A stretch of DNA of 61,811 nucleotides, the filler included, from Choristocarpus tenellus KU-1152 (taxonomy: Eukaryota > Protista > Phaeophyceae): NCBI GenBank assembly GCA_964200185.2. It is 7 parts of 7 records of this genome, joined end to end, with 100 filler letters (N's around TTAATTAATTAA, not from the genome) between each part and the next. Parts side by side here need not be neighbours in the genome. Positions count along the whole stretch, not along the records: positions 9,116 to 14,985 come from CAXNAD020009546.1; positions 15,086 to 20,055 come from CAXNAD020012328.1; positions 20,156 to 44,335 come from CAXNAD020000223.1; 4 more parts are not named here. One strand, given 5' to 3'. Made by a program: the position numbers and the translations under genes. Positions 12,345-23,016 of this stretch are shown piece by piece. The notes beneath the pieces were generated by a model. It was not told the origin of the DNA and searched no databases. It saw only the letters and a program-made list of their open reading frames with translations. Numbering within the stretch: position 1 is the first letter of the stretch; each line of letters opens with the position of its first letter.

Positions 12345-14089
12345 CGGTTATCTCTGGGACTATGATGAATTAGGTGATGCATTGAGTGTATGTGGAGGAA
12401 TCAGTTCTGTGTGAAAGTGTATAATTGAAGGGTATTGTTGTTGTGTTGTGGTCGATTGGCAACGTGTTGAATTGACATACGTTCTATATAATACATGCGG
12501 CCACTAATATAGAACTCTTGGAGGTTGAAGTGGCTTGTCTTAATATTAAAAAAACAAAATTAGTCGATATCTGACTTGACCCCGGATAGAGTTAGGGTTA
12601 GGGCTATCACCGGGAGGTTGTTGGATGTAACAAGGGTTAGGGCTATGCTTCTCTTGAGTTTCGGGTCCTTGTGTTGACGGAGCCTTTCGTTTTTTTTTGT
12701 GTGATGATAAGTTTAGTGTATTGATTGTATACTACTGTAGGTGGATCCTTTTGAGGCGTGCTTAAAATAAGGCAAGGTGTTTTGGCGTGGTATGCACACT
12801 GTTCTCAATTTTGTGCCATGGAAGGCGTTATTGGGCCAACTTTTCTTGAAGTGGACGCACACATGCCATCCAAGGTTTGATAAAACTCGCCTTTTGGTAT
12901 CAGACGTTACTGTTCCATGTGTGCTTGCTGCACACCTTGGTCATACTGTGCACAGAGTGAAAGGGTAATGTGTCATACTTGCCATCATACTTGGACCACT
13001 AGATTTCACTGGGCATCATGAAGGTCGGTGTGGACAATACACACGTGGAATTTGCGTAGCTGTCGCTCTGGATGGAGGCAATAGGATATCTAGGCTGTGC
13101 TTTGATTGTGACATTACCAGTAATCATGAAGCAGAAGGGGGATGAGGGTACCAGTGATGATGAGCCTTCTTGGTTGTGTCAAGGAGTTGTATACTCCTCC
13201 TAACAGAAAGGCGTTTATCGTCAGCAAGCAAGTTGGAACTGTCTGGCATGGGGTCAGTTCTGGAGGCGAGTGTACTGTTGTTGTTGGGAACTGTTCCTGA
13301 ACTGTTCCTTGTCCAGCATGGCAAGGCGCAAGGGGAAGGGTGGAGGGCACGTGAGGTGATTCTGATGGGCAGGAAGGGTTATCTTTGTTTGACTCAGAAA
13401 AGGCGAAGCGCTGGGCTTGTTCGAGTGTTTTATTGTTGTTTCGACAATAACAACCGTTGAAGGGGTTAGAACCGTTGAACATAGTTGAGGTGGTGAGGGG
13501 TTAGGTTTATGAGGCAGGCTATTGCTGGTGCAATAGGAGAAGGAGGGTGTGATGTGCCTGCAACTAGAAGAGGGCGAGGATGTAGTTGAGGCCTTGGCAC
13601 AGGACGTCAGGGATGAGGTGGTGGGGGTAGCTTGTGTTGAGGGGTCTACAATTGGAAGTCTGGTGAGGAAGGGGTTGAATTGTGAGAACACGATGGTGAG
13701 GATGAGGGGGTGGTGGTGTGGCAGTGGAAGGATGAGTCTTTTTGTCCGCCTCCCTTTGTTTTAGTGGCACCCCAGTTTGTTTATTTGTAGGCGTTTGTTT
13801 GAGAGTGGACTAGGGCATTCTTACACATTGCTTCACAAGACGAGAACCACTGTGTAGTGACCCCTACAATGACCCCTACAATTGTATACCTCGATTTCAG
13901 TTGATTGGATAGTTGGTTTTTTGTAGCACTGGTTGTATGTCTCGTGGACGTCTTGTGCCTGGACGATTTAAGAACTGTTTCATGATCCACTTTGTTGTAT
14001 TCATGAGGGACTTGGCGTTGGTGTTGCAGTCTAGTGCCAGTGAATCAAAAAGATTTTGTGAGGGTCGCTTCTTGTGATGACCCCCCCCT

Positions 14090-14176
14090 CGAGCCCTTGG
14101 TTAGCCCTTGGTTAGCCTTTGGTTAGACCTTGGTTAGCTTTTTGTTAGGGTTGGGGTTAGGGCTAGACCTTGGTTA
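14090..14176. repeat. (CCTTGGTTAG)n grading into TTAGGG telomere-like repeats
   Basis: Four to five ~11-bp CTTGGTTAGC(C/T) units followed by GTTAGGGTTGGGGTTAGGG. Further TTAGGG/CCCTAA runs lie at 5886, 12592, 14574 and 14781. Confidence 0.7.
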
Positions 14177-14484
14177 TTCGTTCTTGTTTTGTGACTGACC
14201 CGTAAGAGGAGTTGCATACGTGACAAGGTGATGCAATGTTGTAGGAAGCTCGAGGTCATCACCAATGGAAGTACAGTTATTGGTACCCGCCTCCTTGTTA
14301 TGCTAGTTCCTTGGTCGGTGGCCCTCCCCAGAGCCTTTCCAACCCTGGGTGGAAAGTGCTTATATGGAAGATGTCAAGAATTTTTTAGAAGCTGACTACC
14401 TCTTCTGTAGACACAGGGGTTTACTAGTGTTGTAACAAATGCTACTGTCGAAAAAAAAGGCTAAACACAACCGCGAGAGAACAG

Positions 14485-14526
14485 AAAACCTCACATTAAA
14501 AAGCTCACATTAAAAAGCTCACATTA
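14485..14526. repeat. 14-bp tandem repeat x 3
   Basis: AAAA(G/C)CTCACATTA three times. Confidence 0.8.
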
Positions 14527-14589
14527 ATTAATAACTGCCCCGCCGGAGTTGATCACTGATTAGAGGGATAGCAACCCTAACCCTAATCC

Positions 14590-14695
14590 CCAGGATTAGC
14601 TTTTGTTAAAAACACTACTTATGTTGAAAACCCTGTGTGTGACTACTTCCTCGGTAGACGCAGGAATTTGCTAGCGTTTTAACAAAGTTATCTGG
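14590..14695. mobile_element. Small MITE-like inverted repeat element
   Basis: CCAGGATTAGCTTTTGTTAAAAACACTA pairs imperfectly with TAGCGTTTTAACAAAGTTATCTGG about 100 bp downstream. Confidence 0.45.
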
Positions 14696-16867
14696 AAGGC
14701 GGTTTTGATACACTTCAAGACCCCTGCTGTTATTCTGACATTGGCTTTAATTGCCAACTGCAATAATGTGGTGTGTGCCAAGGGTTAGGGTTAGGGTTAG
14801 GGCGATTTCTCTTTTACCTGTGCCTATCTGATGGTGCACGCAATTCACTGGTTCTTGGCAGGAAGGGTTCCGATGGGTTTGACTTTTTTTGTGGGTGGGT
14901 AGGGGGGGGGGGAGGAGGGGTTGTGCATACCCACTTGTATACGTTTTTTTGATTGCGGCTCTAGGGACCAACGGGGTTTCATCGGNNNNNNNNNNNNNNN
15001 NNNNNNNNNNNNNNNNNNNNNNNNNNNNNTTAATTAATTAANNNNNNNNNNNNNNNNNNNNNNNNNNNNNNNNNNNNNNNNNNNNCTGACACATCTGCAA
15101 AATGTCAGAGGGAATAATAATAAATAATATTAATATCCTACATCACCGTTGTAATATATTAATACCTACGTCTACGCCCCCCCAAAGCGCCAGATACTAA
15201 GAACAAAGTGGCAAGGCTTCATTGTCGAGCGATGCCTTTGCGTACTCGAGGGAGGTGGACCGACAACCGGTGGGATGGCTGAACCCAACCTACCTGCAAG
15301 AAGGAAGGAATAAACAGAAGAAGCAGTGTAATTGGTTGGAACGCAACAACAGCTAGTCACATAGTTGATGCCATACGGTAGCATTGAAACATTGTACTGG
15401 AGTAGATAGCATAATAACAAGATATATATGAAATGGTAGTGGAATTTGTAGTGCCTCTAACCATGCGTCGGGATAGTCTCCTGGCTAAAAGTGAGTCAAA
15501 TTCATGATAACAATATGCAGTGATTGATCTTCTGACTATTAGGATAGGAGACTTGTGGTAGGTCGAAAAAACAAAGCAAAGAGGGAGAGGTTACGCGTTA
15601 ATTGGTGGGGTGAGGGAATATACGATGAAAAAGAAGCAAAACATTTTCATCTTTTATTAAAAAGTGAAAACAAAAGGATATTATGATGGGTAGACAGCAA
15701 TGATGAGTAGATGTTAATTGTTCATCTCCTGTCTTCTATGGGACGTCAAAATCAGAGAGTAACTTGGAAGTCCTTCCTCTATCTTCCTAAATTGTTATGT
15801 CATCGGTTCTGAGGTATTATGCCTGCCTGACTGAGCCAGAATATAGGAAAATTTAGGTGAGTATTTAATAGTACCCTTAACTGTTATATGGAAGCAACAG
15901 GTATGGAGTGAGGGGATGAGAAACATTAAAGTTGAAGGGTTGGTATTGTAGTTTTGAATCAAATATTGACGGTGAGTTCTACAGTGACTAGCGAATGCAC
16001 CCATATATGTTTGGTGACTGTATTATAAATGAATGAATCGGTTGGTTTCATTGTAGGTTTACGTAAATTGTTGCATTTTTGTTTAAATCACCGTTCAAAA
16101 TTTTGGCGAGTCAATTTGATAGGGTGAAGATGTTGCGTTTTGTTGAATTTGCTGACGTAGCAGTCCTCCTTGCACATGCGTGTTGTTGGTGCTGGGATCG
16201 CTGGTGAACTTGATCATCTGCAGTTAGCTATAGAATGTACAGGTTGATTGTGTTTAGAGACAAGTGCCACTCTACAAGTTCGACACAATACTGGTTCACC
16301 TGATGATGTGCAAGCAGGGGAGGCCTAGTGTTTAGTTGAGTTGTCACCAAGGAAAGGGGGAGGACACAAGCACGAAGCAAACACACTCTTCTTGTAACCA
16401 TCAAAATCGCTATCAATATTTAGGACCTATGACTTGATCAGGGAAAGAAGAAACGACATTTCCCAAATAAGGGTACTAGAGCGAACAAACTCCAGCTACA
16501 TCCAACATCCCCTTTCTGGTCAGTTGAACCTTGCGCATTACATGCAGGGTGTTATTTGTGTGACTGTCGAGATCAGGACCTATGTGAAAGTACTTCATCA
16601 TTTATATACACATGGTCGTAAACGGGAGAAGGTGGATTTCTTTTGCTCCCATCATTGTGTGGTATTTCAACTATTTGTGACAATGATTTACACGTTACTT
16701 CAAAATCTCAGGCAGTATAAACGGGTGAACCATGGCAAATTGGTGGGTTCATACCCTCTCTTGCTATGGAAGCAACATGATGGATGAGCAAGTCGTGAGG
16801 TACATTAGAAATGATTGACGTTTGTTGTGGCTTTGATTCAGATATATCGATGGTCATTAAAAGATCT

Positions 16868-17126
16868 GAGTGAAAGTATCTTATAGGGTACGATTTTTGC
16901 CCTGTTTGTCCGTTTGGGGCTTGGGTTCCCACGGGTTTTTTATGACATTTTCCTACTCCAAAATGGTTCAAGAGAAAGTAATATGTATACGTTATGAAAA
17001 AGAGTGTCTGGAACAAGGATATTGACACTTCCTAACAAACACCATCGCCGAAATTACATCAAAATCGCAAGATTGGATTTTGGACACCAAACGGACGCGG
17101 CCCTAGAGTCTAAGATACTTTGACTC
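16868..17126 (+). mobile_element. MITE family A copy 1 (~260 bp)
   Basis: TIRs GAGTGAAAGTATCTTA ... TAAGATACTTTGACTC, flanked by TCT/TCT. The interior aligns with 19705-19964 and, reverse-complemented, with 55896-56157. Confidence 0.85.
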
Positions 17127-19201
17127 TCTTGTTGTCATGCTGTGAAGAGTTCACTACTTGGGGTCATAGGTTTGTAGTGTTGATTTGCGATTGAAATTGT
17201 TGTAAAATTATATGATCAGGTCAGTGCAATTGGATGATGTCCCTACAAACTTGACGAGTTTCCTTGCTAGAATAGAATATATATCTATGGGTGTACTGGG
17301 TTGATATGGCGATGAGCAATAGTAGTTTGGTCCAATTACGAACAACAAGGAGGTACTGTCGTCCAACAATACGCGTAAAAAGTCAGAACAACACAATAAA
17401 CCATTATTTAGTATATGAAGTAAGCACTTACCGTTATGAATGAAAATTGTACAATTTGGGTATCGACATGTTACATTTCTTCATGCAGTATTTTGGTTGA
17501 TGTGTGGATAAATTCAAAATATGTATTTCCTTCTCCCTATTACTACTATGTTATTACGTCCACTAACATGTTCTCATGTTGTTGGATGCTGTTGTCATGG
17601 CGGGGACAAGAAGCAACAAAAGAGTCTGTATTACCTACAGAAAATGCCTTCCAATACCCCACAACATCAGCAGTAGTGGTTGTCACTACTGCCATTAACA
17701 TTTATTGTAGTAGTACAAATATTGTTGCACACGAAGGACGATATAACACTGCTTACATAAGGAACTTTATATTCAACTTAAAAAGACTTATCAACAGGAA
17801 ATATATTTTCCCCGACAATGGACGCAATATAGCTACTCGCCTGGTGTGTTTGCTGGACTAAAGACAGCGGTCAGAGCAAATATAGGCCTGACCGTTTGCC
17901 TTAGCAATGGATGTTAGAAGACCGAATGCTACAGAATGTTGTCCTAGCGAACGAACATTTCCAAGCAAGTGGATTCGAGCTCTTGCTAGACATCGGACAG
18001 TGCACAGAACAATTGGCGTCAATCATTGCCATGACAAAGGGTGTTACGCACAGGCTTGGTTCTTCATGACAGACGTTGTAGAGCAACTATACTCAGGCAT
18101 TGTGTGCACAATAGATTTTATGGAGCAACTTGCCCACGGGTGTTGACCTACTGTGGCGGACATTACCGAGCAAATTGGCCCCAATGTTGTCCTGTAGGAC
18201 AGACGTTGTATATCAAATATTGTTGAAAGTACTGGATCAATTATATTGACGAGTATCACATTACCCTGGGTGTACACTACTACTGATTTATAAATTCTGC
18301 TGTTGTAGGAGGATCTATGATGTGATGCTGACACACACCCTCTATGACAAGAGACTATGCATAATTCTGCCATAGAAACCGTCTCTGTTAGTGGTGTGAT
18401 TTATGAGTGAAGTACACACTGCTAATATCTACTAGAAGCTAGTGTTTCTGATGTGAGTGATGACTTGAAAACCTTATGTGACAACCAAAAAGGTGGCATT
18501 GTAAATATGTTGCTACCCGTGAACGAGAGCTGAAACATGAAATGACTTAACATGCTAGCATAAATTGACTTATGATAATAGCACTTCACTATGAAGTACA
18601 TTTGAGTACTTCTTTAGTACATCGTAAAGTAAGTACCACAGTCAGTCATTGGTATTGAGATCATTTTCTTTTTCACGAAGTAGTGCTATACAGCTCGAAG
18701 CACTGTGTCTGTATCTTTACATACCAAGGCACACACTACAAATAATAGTGTTTGTACATTATTTGGAGATGCTATATTACTGTTTTGTACGATGCAAAGT
18801 GGTTGCTACCCTGACCCCCCCTTCAGAAGTTCCTATTTGGACCCAAACCTAGTACACCTTGCTTCTTTCCTTGCAGCAAAACGTTGAGCCTTGTAGAGTT
18901 CCAGCTTACACTTCTTGAGCTCTAACAGAATTCCACCCATCACAGGAAATTTGCAGCAACACAGTAACCCTCAGCCCGACAAGCATCAAGTGTTACTTGC
19001 AAAAAAATAGTTGGAGCCATGAAAAGGGGAGTAAATGCCTCAATAACTTGTGACCATTTATACGATTGTATGTGCCGGGATTTTTTTTTGCATAAAATAC
19101 CAATTTGCAACCGTCTACCACAGCAGAACCTACCATCTCTCACAACAAGTGTTCTCAAACCAAACTCTCTGAGTACAATGTAGGAGCTAGGCATAGCAAC
19201 T

Positions 19202-19253
19202 GAGTCAAAGTAAACGAGAGGTACCCAGGGTCGCATTTGAAGGATGGTGACAA

Positions 19254-19292
<39 letters not shown>

Positions 19293-19487
19293 GGTTTGTT
19301 TTTTGACAAATGTGTGTGTATAGGATATTTTCTGAATTGTGTCGGAAAATTTTCAAGCAACAGAGAAATAAACACCCGCATGACAAACGTAGCATCCATA
19401 GAAATGTGGGTGAATTGCAAAAGGTTGAAAAACAGATTAAAAATGCAAAACGGCCAAAACATGGGTACCTCTCGTTTACTTTGGCTC
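19202..19487 (+). mobile_element. MITE family C copy 1 (contains a (GT)n expansion)
   Basis: 25-bp TIRs GAGTCAAAGTAAACGAGAGGTACCC ... GGGTACCTCTCGTTTACTTTGGCTC, flanked by ACT/ACT. Related copies lie at 44145-44277 and 56863-57133. Confidence 0.85.
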
Positions 19488-19704
19488 ACTACTTCTGGCA
19501 TTGTGTGCACGAGTTTGTTCATAGTCAAGATTATTTAGAATTGTTTTCGTATCTTCAGCCACATGCGTACTGCATAGGATATGTTATTTTTCAAATGTCT
19601 TTGCTCAAACTATCACCTGAACGAAAAATTACATATTAGTTATGTTCCTTGTTGTTTGTGTAGCTAGACTTTTGAAGGGATTAAGAGTTTTCTTTCGATG
19701 GACT

Positions 19705-19964
19705 GAGTGAAAGTATCTTAGAGGGTACGAATTTTTTCCTGTTTTTTCCATTTGGGGCTTGGCTTCCATTGGGTTTTTATTGACATTTTACCTACTCCAA
19801 AGTGTTTCAGAGTAGGTCAAATGTATACGTTATGAAAAGGAGTGTCCAGACAAGGATGTTGACATCTCCTAAGAAACATGATAGTCGAAATTACATCAAG
19901 ATTTGCAACATTGGATTTTGGTCCCCAAATGGACGCGGCTGTACCATCTAAGATACTTTGGCTC
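19705..19964 (+). mobile_element. MITE family A copy 2
   Basis: TIRs GAGTGAAAGTATCTTAGA ... TCTAAGATACTTTGGCTC; 4-bp flanks GACT/GACT. Confidence 0.85.
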
Positions 19965-20620
19965 GACTTTTTCCTGTTTGCTAGGAGGTGATTGAGTGTG
20001 TGTGTGTTTTTCGTTGCTTTTCATGTCATCACATATGCAGTGTATGAGAGGTGGTNNNNNNNNNNNNNNNNNNNNNNNNNNNNNNNNNNNNNNNNNNNNT
20101 TAATTAATTAANNNNNNNNNNNNNNNNNNNNNNNNNNNNNNNNNNNNNNNNNNNNGCATCGGTTTGTGCATGAGTACTGGTATGTACGGCTTGTTCGTTG
20201 CTTCATGCAGGGTATGTATATGCACTATGTGCTCTCCCTCACCCCCTCTCTCTCCATGTGTTTTTTTTTAAATCTCGCTCACATTCTGACCTTCGAAAAG
20301 GGCATGGGGAAGGGGAGAAACTAAATCCAATCCGGGGACACACAATCGATGTCAGGACAACAAATTTAAAACTAGGTCTATGTCCCAATCAGAATTACAT
20401 TGAACTAACACACTAGCCCTTCATACCATTGTCTACAATGCCATGTTTCTAACCCATCTCAATCTCTTATATCGCCTGATCGGTACTCCCCATGTATGTC
20501 CATATTACTGCTTGTCTTCACAGCTCACTCAGCCACACTCTCCTTCGGAAAAACCTCTCTCCCCTCCTTGCCATTCTAAGTTCGCTGCCTTACCCGACGA
20601 TTGGGTTCTGTCTCTCTTAC

Positions 20621-22685
20621 CTCCACTCCAGTTTCATAAGATGAAAACACGGGCAGCTTTACCCCTGCCACATTATCAGTCCTTGCTCTCACTCGAACCA
20701 CAGCGGGGTGGGGTGTGTCCAGCACCTTTTTTCAAGGGAGAGAAGAAGGTATCACAGTAAGTACACATGTGTTATTAGCATGGTAACAGAAAAGAGACCA
20801 CAAGAGAAACAGGAGACCAGTGAACAAACACAGGAAGCATACACTCTCTCTGTTCAAGACCAGTTTGAACAGTCTTGTCAGGCAGAAAAAATACTGCCCA
20901 TGGAGGGCGTTTCTTGCAGTTTTGCAGTGGGCAGTGTAGAACAGAGATTTCAGGGTAACGTCACTACTTTTTTTCTCAACACCAAAAAAAAAAAATGTGG
21001 TCAGATACGAAATGTTTTGTGTTAATAACCTTTGACTGTTCAAACTGGTATTGAACACAGGGGAAAAAAAAAATTGAAGTGCGGCAATGGAATAGAATAT
21101 ACGAGAGGAACATGCATAACATGGACCTATGCTAGCGGCTGGAAAGGAGATTGTTTGCTATGGCAAAACTACCAAAAGAAGGTACCAGGTGGAACACGGA
21201 GTGGGTAAGGGGACCGAAGGAGCTGCGAAAGGGCAGGAAGGGCAAGAAGGAACAATACAAGAAAGGATAAAGGTGGACCTAAAAGACTATTCCTTGGAAG
21301 CCCCACAATCTCTATGTGCCAAATAGTTTAATTCTCCCTCGATGCATGTCCTTTGATAAGCAATTGCCACTGCTCCATGGAAGATCAATGTTCTGTGACC
21401 ACACCACCACTCATGGAGTACCAGAAACAAGAAAGATAATGATTTCCTAAAGACCAGTCATCAGTACGAGTAATCTATGAGGTACCCTTAAACCTCTTTC
21501 AGAGTGGTTAGGACGGATAACAGGATACACTAAGAATGAAGGTGGCTTCTGGTTGTGAGGGTGGCTAGAGGGCTAACACAGAATATGCTCCCTTGCACTT
21601 AACAAATACTAACCGTACCCTGGTACGAATGAGGTCATTGAAGTATCGTTTAGTTTCAGAAGGGTATAGCTACCAACAAGCATCATAGACTCAACACAGA
21701 GCAATACCAAAAGCCAAGTGTCTCAAAAGCAAATATGCGAGAATAAAAAAAAACTGTGTGAACGAAGTGACAGTTTAAAGTGGCTGTATTGAGTGTTTTG
21801 CGACTAATGGTGAGCAGGGGATAGTAAGGTGTTGCGCACGGTAAAGATCCTCTGTAGGGTAAGATGACACACTAAGGCATTTTCTTGGTGGGAAAGTACC
21901 AGGTCGCACTTGGTGGGTCGACGGTAATGAACAACAGGTTGATATCCAACGGACGGACCTTAGCTCGGAAGTCGCCTGCCGCATTCTGAGCCTTGGTGAG
22001 CGAGAAAAAGGCGGTGGAGGCATCGTCTCGCATAACCTGCTTGAGCTCATGGATCTGCTTGGCGATAGCACGAAAGCGTGCCTGTCGGAGAAGTAGGAAG
22101 AGGTAGGTTGGTCGAAAAGTTGCACATTCTTGACACGTCAACAGCAGATAAAAAGCACAAAAGAAGACCATATAAGAATAGAGGAGTAATGTCGTGTGCT
22201 ACTGAAGGTGAGGCGACAAACTGGTCACGGAAGTGTATGCTTGATTCACTCAACACTTGTAACACTTCCAAATTGGTTCAGGACGTACATGAACAACAAT
22301 CTATCACTCGCACCCTGAACTACAACTGACCCTATATGATGCCACAACCATAGGATGCCTTGCCTGCCCCTGTTGATGGTTACTTGGACAGCAATTACGA
22401 TGTTCCTCATTCATGGCACCACTACGAAGGTCAAAACCATAATTATAATCTTGATCCCTGTCTTAAGCGGAAGATTTGAATTCAGCTACAGGATAAACGC
22501 TACCCATGCCAAAAGCACCACGGCATGTCGACATTGTGTACTGCAGGGGTGACACTTCTGTTCTTCCAAACCTTTAGAGCATCTGACTTCTTCTTCAGTA
22601 GCTCATAACCCTTTTTCGCACCAACAAGCTTAGCCTTGTACATCTGTAGCGCCATGCGCGTTGGCGCCACCTGTTGCGCCGACAT
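20621..22685 (-). CDS. ATP6V1D: V-type ATPase V1 subunit D, first three exons (3' part outside contig)
   Basis: Exons 22685-22572 (MSAQQVAPTRMALQMYKAKLVGAKKGYELLKKKSDALK), 22081-21959 (ARFRAIAKQIHELK...FFSLTKAQNAAGDFRAK) and 20725-20621 (VLDTPHPAVVRVRARTDNVAGVKLPVFSSYETGVE). Hallmark motifs PTRM, GAxKGxxLLKKKSDAL and DNVAGVxLPxF are present. Confidence 0.95.
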
Positions 22686-23016
22686 GCTTTCTTCTTGTGC
22701 ACACCTTGCAACTCCTTTACCTCAACTAGATCAGAAGACTTTCCACCCACAGTCCAGGCAATTAAAAACGTCTTGCACCCACGCACCACCCACGGCAGTA
22801 CACCACCGTCGGTTCCCTCTTCGCACTCTACTCCCTTTTAACCTCCACAAAGTCCTCTTAAAACCGAAGGTCTAACCCCTTCTAAGACACACACAGGAGC
22901 AATAGTGCGTTTAGATGTACAACCAAAAAGGCGCGCGTCGCGCGTTACTTTTGGAAGAAAGTTGGACCACATACACGACACAAGACCCCCTACTGTCTCT
23001 GAGAAAGGTCCACACC
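22686..23016. promoter_or_regulatory. Putative bidirectional promoter between V-ATPase D and the FKBP gene
   Basis: Only 331 bp separate the divergent ATGs. The region is CpG-rich and contains GGCGCGCGTCGCGCG at 22930-22944. Confidence 0.6.

Noticed and set aside
14781-14802. TTAGGG run as a true telomere
   Set aside because: Only about three units, internal to the contig, and similar short runs are scattered in both orientations.
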